A stretch of DNA of 64,000 nt from IMG/VR virus record IMGVR_UViG_3300010970_000144, positions 5,591 to 69,590 of that record. One strand, 5' to 3'. This DNA is from a virus. The position numbers and the translations under genes were made by a program. The notes under the pieces are model-generated. The model was not told where the DNA came from. It made no database searches and saw nothing but the letters and a program-made list of their open reading frames with translations. Shown one piece after another: positions 9,191 to 18,330 of this stretch (its first letter is position 1; each line of letters begins with the position of its first letter).

Positions 9191-11587
9191 TTGGCAGAGA
9201 GTCCTTTATACATATCCTCGGCAAATAGTAGTGGACAGTCGCTTAAAGACTTCCAAATTACTACTGATGTAGCGTCTAAAAAAGATTATTTATACGGTAA
9301 AAACGTTGCCCAAAATATCTATTCTACAATTTATGGTAACCAAACTTATTTTTGGTTAAGAAACAATAGATTTAGAAAAAACAGACAAATTGCTAACGGT
9401 AAAGTAGACATGAGTGTGTTTATGGACCGATTGGAAATGAATGGCAAAGCCAATTTTGTAAATATAAACTGGAAATCAATTATTATTGGTAATACTATTG
9501 TTGCTAGATTGGTTGGTTCTTGGATGAGTCGTAGAGAAAAAATTACAGTTAATGCTAATGACACCGCATCTGCAATGTTAAAACAAAGACAAGCAGATGA
9601 GGCAGAATTTTTATACAGAAATAAAGAAACTCTTGCTCAATTACAGCAAGAATCTGGTGTTGAAATTATTCCTAAAGATACATTTGTTGCAGAAGATAAA
9701 GATGAATTAGATCAATGGATAATGGAGTTCAATCATTTGCCAGAAGAAATATTATACAGCATTGGTTGTAATAATGTTTTTGAAGCCAATGGCTGGAACG
9801 ATGTTTTGAAACAAAGATTATTGCATGATTCAGCTGAGGTTGGATTAGTTTGTACATATACTTGGATGGATGAAGAAGGTGAAGTTCATGTTCAATGGAT
9901 TAGACCTGAAAATGCTATTTATTCATATTCTGATTTCCCTGATTTTAGAGATACGACTTATAGAGGTCACATTCTTTCAATGAAGATTAGTGAAGTAAGA
10001 GCAAGATATAGTAAAGCAGCAGGAGGTACACTTTCTGAAGAAGATATATTTCAATTAGCTCAATCATCAAAAGAGTATCAACTTACTGATAAGATTAAGT
10101 GGATGCAAGATTGGAATGTCGCTTGGCTAAGACCTTATGATGAGTGGAATATTGATTTAGTGAATTTTGAAATTCGCACATTAGATTCTGATGGTTATAC
10201 TGTTACTAAAACTAAAAAGAATGGTAGCACTATTATCAAAAAAGGTAAGCCAGAAAAATTAGATGAAAATCAAGAATATTTAGAAGAGAAAAAGTGGAAT
10301 ATTTATCATGGTGTTTATTGCCCAGTTACTCAAACAATGATTCATTGGGGAATTAAGAAAAACATGATTCGTCCACAAGATCCAAAAGAAATAGGCAACG
10401 CAGAATTTTCTTATAGCTTTTATATGTATGATCCTTATGACATGCGTAACGTAGCTGTACCAGAAAAAATTGAAGAGCCTATTGAACAAATGATTTTAGC
10501 TAGATTAAAGATACAACAACTTGTAGCTAAAATGGTACCGGCAGGTGCGGCAATTGATGTTGACGCATTACAGGAGCTTGACTTAGGTTTAGGTGATTCT
10601 GTAAAGCCTATTGATGTTCAAAAGATATGGGAACAAACAGGTAAGCTTTATTATCGCGGTAGAGATGCTGAAGGTAATCGTATTCCTGTTCCAATTACAG
10701 AATTAGCTAATACAGGTTTTTCGCCTCAATTACAAGCTTTAATTCAGTTATATCAATTCCATTATCAAGTATTAAAAGATGAATTAGGTGAAGATCCTAA
10801 TTTAATGAACCAAGCTGCACAACCAAGAGTGGCTGCTTCTAATATTGAGGCTTCAAGAGTTTTAGCAAATAACGCTACTGAATATATGTATGATGCATAT
10901 ATCTATGTAATGGAAGAAACTGCTAAAAAGGTGGCTTGTTTAATAAATAAAAGTGTTACACATGGTGCTAAAAAATATAGCGATTTATTAAAGGAAGAGC
11001 AGGTAAAGGACAGAAATTTTGTTGCTTCTATAAAAATGATGCCTGATGACGTTCAACTTGCTACATTGCAAGCAATGATGAACAATGCTATTGCGTCAAA
11101 TCCTCAATTAGTTATTTACTTAGATCCATTTAAAGCAATGAGAATGGCTAAAGAAAATGTAGAACTCGGGGAATTGTATTTTAGACAAGCTCAAAAAAGA
11201 TTTATAAAAACCGAGCAAGAAAAAGCTATGGTTAATTCTCAGCAAAATGCAGAAGCTCAACAAGCGAGTATTCAATCTAAGATGCAGGCAGATAGCTCTC
11301 TTGAACAGCAAAAGTCTTTAACAAAGGAAAAGGAAATAATTTTACAAGGTGTTTTTGATCTTGCAAAAGCAAATATTCCTGTACCAGCAGAACTTCAGAC
11401 ATTAGTTGCAAATATGTTACAGAACGTCACCGTCCCAATTGCTGTTCAAAATCAACAACAACAACAAGCATTAGCTCAACAACAGCAAGCTCAAATGGAG
11501 CAAATGCAACAGCAAGAAATGGAACAAGGTTCTGAAGAACAACAAATGGAACCTGAATTACAAGAACAAATGGAAACACAACAATAA
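9191..11587 (+). CDS. portal protein
   Basis: About 800 aa directly after TerL, with a Gln-rich C-terminus; start probably TTG at 9191 because 9165-9172 is a TATATTTG promoter box. Confidence 0.8.
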   Translation: MAESPLYISSANSSGQSLKDFQITTDVASKKDYLYGKNVAQNIYSTIYGNQTYFWLRNNRFRKNRQIANGKVDMSVFMDRLEMNGKANFVNINWKSIIIGNTIVARLVGSWMSRREKITVNANDTASAMLKQRQADEAEFLYRNKETLAQLQQESGVEIIPKDTFVAEDKDELDQWIMEFNHLPEEILYSIGCNNVFEANGWNDVLKQRLLHDSAEVGLVCTYTWMDEEGEVHVQWIRPENAIYSYSDFPDFRDTTYRGHILSMKISEVRARYSKAAGGTLSEEDIFQLAQSSKEYQLTDKIKWMQDWNVAWLRPYDEWNIDLVNFEIRTLDSDGYTVTKTKKNGSTIIKKGKPEKLDENQEYLEEKKWNIYHGVYCPVTQTMIHWGIKKNMIRPQDPKEIGNAEFSYSFYMYDPYDMRNVAVPEKIEEPIEQMILARLKIQQLVAKMVPAGAAIDVDALQELDLGLGDSVKPIDVQKIWEQTGKLYYRGRDAEGNRIPVPITELANTGFSPQLQALIQLYQFHYQVLKDELGEDPNLMNQAAQPRVAASNIEASRVLANNATEYMYDAYIYVMEETAKKVACLINKSVTHGAKKYSDLLKEEQVKDRNFVASIKMMPDDVQLATLQAMMNNAIASNPQLVIYLDPFKAMRMAKENVELGELYFRQAQKRFIKTEQEKAMVNSQQNAEAQQASIQSKMQADSSLEQQKSLTKEKEIILQGVFDLAKANIPVPAELQTLVANMLQNVTVPIAVQNQQQQQALAQQQQAQMEQMQQQEMEQGSEEQQMEPELQEQMETQQ

Positions 11588-11606
11588 AACTATAAAATAA
11601 AATAAA

Positions 11607-11954
11607 ATGGCAACGGTAAGCAAGCTCTTAATAAGACTTCAAAAATTTAGTTCTAAAATTAGTACAGTTGTAGATGCAACTGATTCTTTTAATGCTAATG
11701 GTAGTTTTTACCAAGATTTATCTGGCTGGGACTCAGCTGTAGTTCAAGTAGTAACTCCTTCTGCGGCAGTTAATTTCACCACAACGAATGATGATGGTTC
11801 AATTGAAGGTCAGTTATTGCCAGCTCCAGAAGTTCCAATTAACTGGGTTACTGTTTTAGGTGTTAATTTAACTACTAAAGCAGACGTTTCATCAATTAAT
11901 GCAAGTGGCATTGTGGCATTTGGCATTATTGGTAAATATTTAAAAATAGCTTAA
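11607..11954 (+). CDS. putative small structural protein
   Basis: Beta-rich ORF in the head module. Confidence 0.5.
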   Translation: MATVSKLLIRLQKFSSKISTVVDATDSFNANGSFYQDLSGWDSAVVQVVTPSAAVNFTTTNDDGSIEGQLLPAPEVPINWVTVLGVNLTTKADVSSINASGIVAFGIIGKYLKIA

Positions 11955-11965
11955 AATAAATTAAA

Positions 11966-12229
11966 ATGGCAAGTTACGCATACGTTTTATCTAAAAATAC
12001 ATATCCAACAGCTCAAGAAGCTTATAATGTTGGAGTTTTACAAGGAACCAGAATAGTTTATGCAACCACAGCAACTTTGACTAGTTCTAATATTCTATAT
12101 GCTGAAAGTGATTTAATCCAACCAATTTACGGAAACGGTTCTGATTGGTATGGAGTTCAATTACTTACAAATACTGGTGTCAAGTATGCCATTACAATTG
12201 ATGTAGATGGCTCTATAGTTATAGATTAA
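11966..12229 (+). CDS. small putative virion protein, similar to the C-terminal domain of 18331-22245
   Basis: LYAESDLIQPIYG..WY..ITIDVDGSIV resembles FFTDSGMTIPFDG..YY..LQIDTDGYVI. Confidence 0.5.
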   Translation: MASYAYVLSKNTYPTAQEAYNVGVLQGTRIVYATTATLTSSNILYAESDLIQPIYGNGSDWYGVQLLTNTGVKYAITIDVDGSIVID

Positions 12230-12252
12230 TAACGAAAAACAAATAAGCATTT

Positions 12253-13443
12253 ATGCTAGAAAATCAAGACATGTCAGCTCCAATAAAGCTGGCAGAAGGT
12301 TACAATCCGTTTTCGGATGAAGATGTTGTACCACAAGTGCAACCGCAAGTAGAAGTAGCCCCTACTGCAAATGAAGAACAAAATGTTGACAATACAGCTA
12401 ATTCATCTCCGGATGCGATAGTTAGTGAGAATCAACAACAACAAACAGATTATTCTACTTTTAACCCAGATTCTTTTATTAAAGAAAGATTTGGTTTTGA
12501 TACAGTAGATGAAGCTGAAACAGAATTTTTGAGATTAATTGAAGAAAGGGAGCAAACTCCACAATTTGATTTTTCTGATGATGTAAGTAGAACTCTTTTT
12601 GATGCAATTAAAGAAGGTAAGACTGATGATGTTTATCAAATTTTAAATGAACAAAAAAAACTTGATAAATTAACTAATTCGGAATTAACAACTGAAATTG
12701 CAGCTGAAATTGTAAAAACAAACATTCAAAACAAGTTTAAGGATTTAAGTGCGGATGAAGTTGATCTTTTATTTTATGATCAATTTTTCGTACCTTTGAA
12801 ACCTGAACAAGGTTATGATGAAACTGATGAGGATTATGCTGATAAGTTAAAGACTTGGCAAGCACAAGCTGATTACACAGAGAAACGTCTGATGATTGAA
12901 GCTAAAGTGCTTAGACCAGAAATAGCAAAGTTAAAAAGTGAAATAAAACTACCAGATATTTATAATGAGGCCGGAAGGGAGGCGCAATATCAAGAGGAAT
13001 TTGAATATTTGCAACAAGCTAGGTCAATTTATGAAAAAACGCTTGATTCTGAATTTCAATCTTTTAATGGATTTAATGTTTCGGTAAAAGACGATGATGT
13101 TGAAATACCGATTTCATTTAATGTAGCAGAGGATGAGAGATTAGCATTAAAGCAAGAACTATCAGATTTTGATGGCGAAGCTTATTTAGAAAACAGATGG
13201 TTTAACGAGGAAGGAAAACCAAACGTAAGACAAATAATGGCCGACAAGTATGTTCTTGAAAATTTGCCTAGAATTTTGCAAAAGGTGGCTAATGAAGCAG
13301 CATCTCAAAGATTGCTTGCTCATTTAAAGAAGAGTGGTAACGTAAGCATTAACCAAACCCCCACTCCGCAAGGAACGGCTCCAAGTCTAAATCCAAATGC
13401 TGCTATACAGGAGCAATTGGCTAATTGGGCTTTTAGTTCGTAA
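12253..13443 (+). CDS. putative capsid scaffolding protein
   Basis: Acidic, helical protein between portal and MCP. Confidence 0.6.
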   Translation: MLENQDMSAPIKLAEGYNPFSDEDVVPQVQPQVEVAPTANEEQNVDNTANSSPDAIVSENQQQQTDYSTFNPDSFIKERFGFDTVDEAETEFLRLIEEREQTPQFDFSDDVSRTLFDAIKEGKTDDVYQILNEQKKLDKLTNSELTTEIAAEIVKTNIQNKFKDLSADEVDLLFYDQFFVPLKPEQGYDETDEDYADKLKTWQAQADYTEKRLMIEAKVLRPEIAKLKSEIKLPDIYNEAGREAQYQEEFEYLQQARSIYEKTLDSEFQSFNGFNVSVKDDDVEIPISFNVAEDERLALKQELSDFDGEAYLENRWFNEEGKPNVRQIMADKYVLENLPRILQKVANEAASQRLLAHLKKSGNVSINQTPTPQGTAPSLNPNAAIQEQLANWAFSS

Positions 13444-13491
13444 CTTAAATATTACCCTTGGAGAAGGTGTTAAAATAAAAAATTAAATATT

Positions 13492-14904
13492 ATGGCAGGG
13501 ATACCTACCTCTAATATTCTGCAACCGGGTGCAATATCACTCCAGTCCCAGAATCGTCAACTGATGGTTGACTTACAATTATTAACCCCACAGTACTACA
13601 AGCAGTACACTCAAAAGTACGGTAACGAAGATTTTACTTGGTGGTTAGCAGCTCATAGTGGCATGGAAGAAGTTAAAAACTTAAACTACTTCTGGTTTGA
13701 AAACCGCGGTAAATTAATGCCGGGTGTTACAAACGAATCTACTGTAGCAGCAGGTGTTGGTGCAACTTTAACTTTAACTCTTGGTCAAGAAGCGTATTAC
13801 AACAGTGGTACTCAATCTCCATTAAGATTAAAAGAAACTTTGCGTGTTGCTTCTTCTAACGTAGAGGGTGTTATCGTTTCAATTGATGATACAACTCCTT
13901 ACGCTTTCACATTTGAAGTTGCTCCTAAGCAAACTAGTCAGCGTTTTGCTTCAGCTGGTGTAAACTCATTACTTGCTGGTGAGGTTTTATTATTTGGCGG
14001 TGACGCTGATGCTGGTGAAGCTTCAACTCAAATCAATCCTTTAATCCAATTGGATCAAAGATATGATAACTATGTAACAGAAATTCGTGATGGTTGGAGC
14101 AATACCGACTTAGCACAAATGGCTGAAACATATTATGAGTTCCCTGTATCTCCTGATATGGCTGCAAATGGTGCAACTGCATTTACATACAAAGGTATGT
14201 ACAAAACACTTGTACGTTTCAAAAACAACGTAGAAGCTAAATTAATGCGTGGTAACTTACAAAACAATAGCGCTATTGATTCTAATTCTCAAGGTTCTGT
14301 AGGTATCATCCCTAAAGTTGTTGCTGACGGTGAAACTGTTGGTTACACTCCGGGTACACTTGATATCGCTAAACTTCATGAGATTACTCGTATCATGGAC
14401 GTTAATGGTTGTGCTAAGCAATCTGCATGGTTAGCTGATATTTTCCAAAGACAAGACTTCAGTGATGGTATCTTCTCTGCATACCCTGCTGGTGCTTTCG
14501 TTTATGGTCAAGGCGAAAAGTCAAAAGAGGCTTCTGTTGCTTATGGCTTCCAAGAAATCTTCATTGACGGTTACTTATTATCTGTTAAGAAGTACTCTCA
14601 ATTCAACACTGAGGTTACAACTGGTTTAACTCCTAACGTAGATTACTTCCGTAATTTCGGTTTAATCTATCCAATGGGTGAAACTAAGGATGCAAAAACT
14701 GCTCAAGTTTACAAGAATATTACTATCATGTATCAGCAACCTCCGGTAGGTGGTACTGTTGGTAACGGTATTCGCGTATGGCAATATGGTGGTGGATCTC
14801 CTAATCCAACAGATGGTACAATGACTAATCAAATCGCAATGATCACTTATCGTGGTACTCGCGTTTGTGCAGCAAATCAGTTTATCATCCTTCAAGGTAA
14901 CTAA
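13492..14904 (+). CDS. major capsid protein
   Basis: 470 aa; strongly biased high-expression codons; position after scaffold; followed by a terminator hairpin. Confidence 0.85.
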   Translation: MAGIPTSNILQPGAISLQSQNRQLMVDLQLLTPQYYKQYTQKYGNEDFTWWLAAHSGMEEVKNLNYFWFENRGKLMPGVTNESTVAAGVGATLTLTLGQEAYYNSGTQSPLRLKETLRVASSNVEGVIVSIDDTTPYAFTFEVAPKQTSQRFASAGVNSLLAGEVLLFGGDADAGEASTQINPLIQLDQRYDNYVTEIRDGWSNTDLAQMAETYYEFPVSPDMAANGATAFTYKGMYKTLVRFKNNVEAKLMRGNLQNNSAIDSNSQGSVGIIPKVVADGETVGYTPGTLDIAKLHEITRIMDVNGCAKQSAWLADIFQRQDFSDGIFSAYPAGAFVYGQGEKSKEASVAYGFQEIFIDGYLLSVKKYSQFNTEVTTGLTPNVDYFRNFGLIYPMGETKDAKTAQVYKNITIMYQQPPVGGTVGNGIRVWQYGGGSPNPTDGTMTNQIAMITYRGTRVCAANQFIILQGN

Positions 14905-14926
14905 TTTTAATTACCTTTAATTAATC

Positions 14927-14964
14927 GGGTAGCGGCAACTTTATTGATTGTCGCTACCTATTTT
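14927..14964 (+). terminator. intrinsic terminator after MCP
   Basis: GGGTAGCGGCAA..TTGTCGCTACCT hairpin followed by ATTTT. Confidence 0.65.
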
Positions 14965-14984
14965 AAACATATAAAAACCATTTT

Positions 14985-15875
14985 ATGGCTCGTTTAAAGG
15001 CAGTAGGCATACAAGATGCCAATTTTTCACAACAAGGTGAACAAGTACAATCAAGACAATACGAAGAATCTACAGCAGCGCTTAATGAAGCGCCCGTAGC
15101 TACCGGTAATACTTTTAAAATTTTCAAATTATCAGACACCAAAAAAAATGGTAAATACCACATGGAAGGTATTGATGATGTTTGGAATCCTGATAAAAAA
15201 AGAATGGAGAGAATTAGACTTTTGAGAGGCTATCCAAGCATTTGGGTTGAGGATCAAAAAGGTCTAGAAAAATCATTCGTAGAGCAAAATAGAAGAAGTC
15301 TAATCTTTGATAGAAGGGTTTTAAGGGTTGCAGAATATGATGTAGAAGCTCTTGAGTTTTTAAATCTTTGTAATGCTAACCTAGATAATCCAAATAGAAA
15401 AGGAACTAGAAAAGTAACATTTTTCCAATGGAATCCTCAGAGAACAGCAGAGCTTGAACGCGCTAAGAGAGTTGCTAAAGTTGAAGCTATTAAGTATGCT
15501 TCCCTAGCTTCTGACGAGGAAATGCGTAAGCACTGTAATTATCTTGGAATTTCATTTGTAGATGAATTAGGTATGCCTAAATCATTGGAAGCATTAAGAA
15601 ACGACTATGAGCTTTACGCTGAGGCACAACCTAATAAGTTTATGCAAAGCGCTGGCTCTAAAGAAGTTGAAATAGCTTACATTGTTAAAAAGGCATTAAT
15701 TGACAATAAAATAGATACTACTACTAAGAAAGGATCTGCTTATTGGTCAGGTGATGGTGGTTTTATTTGCAAGATACCTTCAGATAAAAAGCCACAAAAT
15801 TACTTGGTTGAATTTGCAATGTTCCCTCAAGATGAAAGTAGGGCATTTTTAGAGCAATTAAAGAAGCTAGTTTAA
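14985..15875 (+). CDS. conserved head-module protein following MCP
   Basis: 296-aa ORF in the position typical of crAss-like head modules. Confidence 0.55.
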   Translation: MARLKAVGIQDANFSQQGEQVQSRQYEESTAALNEAPVATGNTFKIFKLSDTKKNGKYHMEGIDDVWNPDKKRMERIRLLRGYPSIWVEDQKGLEKSFVEQNRRSLIFDRRVLRVAEYDVEALEFLNLCNANLDNPNRKGTRKVTFFQWNPQRTAELERAKRVAKVEAIKYASLASDEEMRKHCNYLGISFVDELGMPKSLEALRNDYELYAEAQPNKFMQSAGSKEVEIAYIVKKALIDNKIDTTTKKGSAYWSGDGGFICKIPSDKKPQNYLVEFAMFPQDESRAFLEQLKKLV

Positions 15876-15896
15876 TACTTTCCCCCCAAATATAAG

Positions 15897-15935
15897 AAGC
15901 CCTCGTAACCTAAAAATTACGGGGCTTTTTTATTA
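15897..15935 (+). terminator. intrinsic terminator
   Basis: AAGCCCTCGTAA..TTACGGGGCTT followed by a T run; TATATTTG promoter box at 15944-15951. Confidence 0.75.
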
Positions 15936-15968
15936 CTTTTTCGTATATTTGTTGTATAACTTATTTCA

Positions 15969-16637
15969 ATGAATGTTAATGATGTATATCGTATCTGCCA
16001 GTATGCAGTTAATAAAGCGCAGAATGGCTATTTAACTCCAGCAGAGTTTAATCTGACTATAAATCAAGCGCAGATTTCATATCAAGACTATTTATTAGGT
16101 GAATTTCAACAATATCAATACGGAAGGCCTCAAGCTAGAATTAATTATAGTCAAAATGAAAACACTAGACAAAGGTTAACCCCTTTGATTGCAGAATCTA
16201 ATTTAACTATAAATAGCGGAACTGGAGTTGCTCCGGCACCAGCTGATTTTTTGCAAGTTGATGCTATGTGGAAGTCTGATGGTTTGCATAGAATAAGATT
16301 TGTTTCTCAAGATAAATTGTATTCTTATTACAATAGCCAAATTGATCCAATTGCGGACAACCCGATATACTTGCTAGAAGATAATCAATTTCAGTTTTAT
16401 CCTAAAACATTAGGTACCGCAGTTTTGTCTTATGTAAAATCTGCTCCAGATATTGTTTGGGGTTATACTACGGTTAGTGGTAGACCAGTTTACAATGCCG
16501 GAACAAGTGTTCAACCCGTTTGGGCTGAAATAGATATTCTTGAGATTATTACTCGTGCATTAAAGTTAATTGGATTAAATTTACAAGACGGAGCGGTTAT
16601 GCAATATGCTAATCAAATAAACCAAACTGGACAATAA
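15969..16637 (+). CDS. tail ring/adaptor protein
   Basis: NKAQNGYLTPAEFN..NQAQ pattern of crAss-like ring proteins; synteny. Confidence 0.65.
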   Translation: MNVNDVYRICQYAVNKAQNGYLTPAEFNLTINQAQISYQDYLLGEFQQYQYGRPQARINYSQNENTRQRLTPLIAESNLTINSGTGVAPAPADFLQVDAMWKSDGLHRIRFVSQDKLYSYYNSQIDPIADNPIYLLEDNQFQFYPKTLGTAVLSYVKSAPDIVWGYTTVSGRPVYNAGTSVQPVWAEIDILEIITRALKLIGLNLQDGAVMQYANQINQTGQ

Positions 16638-17269
16638 TGACTAGGTATCAATTAATAGAAAGAATATTAAGGCAAATATACAACGGTCAGCCTTCTGATG
16701 ATTCTAATATCACATACGGATTAGTTAATCAGTGGCTAAATGATGCTATTGGGGCAGCAGCTAAAAAGAATTATACAGACAACATTCAACTAGATGGAGT
16801 GTCTTACATAAATAATTCATTTTATACTACTTTTAAGAATTTAGATATATATGCTGAAACGGTAGACAATGTTACTTATAGGGTTGATTTACCATCTATA
16901 CCTGTTGCACTAGGAAGAAATGAAGGAGTTGCTACATTACAGTTTGTTGGAGATAAAAAAACTTCACAAACAGCAATTCCATTAAGCATGAATCAGATTG
17001 CTTATCAAGAGCAGTTAAGGCCTATTCAGAATAAAATAGCATATTGGGTTGAAGGTCAAAACATTTATGTAAAAAGCTCAATACCTTTGACATCGTACAA
17101 GGCAACAATTAGAATGGTTAGTGGCGGTGATTCAACAGATTTGGATTCAACATTAATTATTCCTGATGATTATATGCCAGTAGTAGTAGAATATATTAAA
17201 GGTCAATTAGTTTTTGAAAAGTCAAGGCCTATAGACCAAAGTAATGATGGAGTAGATAATAATAACTAA
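16637..17269 (+). CDS. tail ring/adaptor protein
   Basis: Coupled to the previous gene; ..IPDDYMPVVVEYI C-terminal adaptor-like pattern. Confidence 0.6.
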   Translation: MTRYQLIERILRQIYNGQPSDDSNITYGLVNQWLNDAIGAAAKKNYTDNIQLDGVSYINNSFYTTFKNLDIYAETVDNVTYRVDLPSIPVALGRNEGVATLQFVGDKKTSQTAIPLSMNQIAYQEQLRPIQNKIAYWVEGQNIYVKSSIPLTSYKATIRMVSGGDSTDLDSTLIIPDDYMPVVVEYIKGQLVFEKSRPIDQSNDGVDNNN

Positions 17270-17281
17270 AAATAACAACCA

Positions 17282-17554
17282 ATGAAACCAATTAGAGATT
17301 TTGTTTTAGTGAAACCATTTATGGCTGATGAAATTACAGAAGGCGGATTATTTATCCCTGAAGGATTTAGGGAAAGAAGTAGTAAAGCAAAAGTAATTTC
17401 TGTTGGTCGCGGAACTGCTAAAGTAAAAATGGAAGCCAAAAAAGATGATTGCATTTTCCATATTAAGGGAGCAGGGGAGCCTGTTGTTGTAAATAATGAA
17501 TTGCATTTTTTGATTCGTCATAACGATATATTAGCTTATTTTTCAAATAATTAA
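17282..17554 (+). CDS. groES: co-chaperonin GroES
   Basis: MKPIRDFVLVKP..TEGGLFIP..AKVISVGRG..LIRHNDILA. Confidence 0.85.
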   Translation: MKPIRDFVLVKPFMADEITEGGLFIPEGFRERSSKAKVISVGRGTAKVKMEAKKDDCIFHIKGAGEPVVVNNELHFLIRHNDILAYFSNN

Positions 17555-17556
17555 AA

Positions 17557-18327
17557 ATGTCCCAAGTAAGAAATTACATAACATTAGATTCAGTTATCAA
17601 TGATTACATTGATGAAAGTGAACAGTCAGTACACAAATACGCTAAGTTATATAATATTGCTGTGCGTGGTATGGAGAAACTTGGTCTTGACTTTTTCTAT
17701 AAAATAAGAACAGTTAAGGTTCCTGTGGACACTACTAATTATACTGCACAGTTACCTAATGATTATATAAGCTATACTAAAATAGGTGTATTAAATTCAG
17801 TTGGGGAAATTATCCCTCTAAAGTTTAATAGTAAAATGACATTTTACGGAGATCAACAACCAAATAGATTGGCTTTGACTCAAGATGATACTTTGGCAAC
17901 ATGGTATCAAACAGACCTACCATTGTGGTTTAATTACTGGGACGGATATGGTTTCCAGAATATTTATGGATTACCAAGTGGCTCTCCATTTGTAGGTCAA
18001 TTTAATATTGATGATTCAAATGGTGTTGTTCTTTTAAATCAGTATTTTTATTATTCTTATTTAATGATAGAATATCTATCTAGTGGTAACCCAGAAGAAA
18101 CATTTTCTATACCTATTCAATTTAGAGAAGCATTGCTTGCATGGATTTCTTGGAGAGATATTGCTTCTATGCCATCTACAAGAAGAGGTAATTTAGGTGA
18201 TAAGAGGGATAGAAAGCAGGAATTTTATAATCAAAGAAGAATAGCTAACGCTCAATTTAAGCCTTTATACTTAATGCAAGGATATGAATTGAATTTAGAT
18301 ACACAAAGAATGACTGTTAAGGCATAA
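17557..18327 (+). CDS. tail tubular/ring protein
   Basis: LPNDYISYTKIG and IEYLSSG..FREALLAWISW patterns; precedes the muzzle gene. Confidence 0.65.
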   Translation: MSQVRNYITLDSVINDYIDESEQSVHKYAKLYNIAVRGMEKLGLDFFYKIRTVKVPVDTTNYTAQLPNDYISYTKIGVLNSVGEIIPLKFNSKMTFYGDQQPNRLALTQDDTLATWYQTDLPLWFNYWDGYGFQNIYGLPSGSPFVGQFNIDDSNGVVLLNQYFYYSYLMIEYLSSGNPEETFSIPIQFREALLAWISWRDIASMPSTRRGNLGDKRDRKQEFYNQRRIANAQFKPLYLMQGYELNLDTQRMTVKA

Positions 18328-18330
18328 GAT

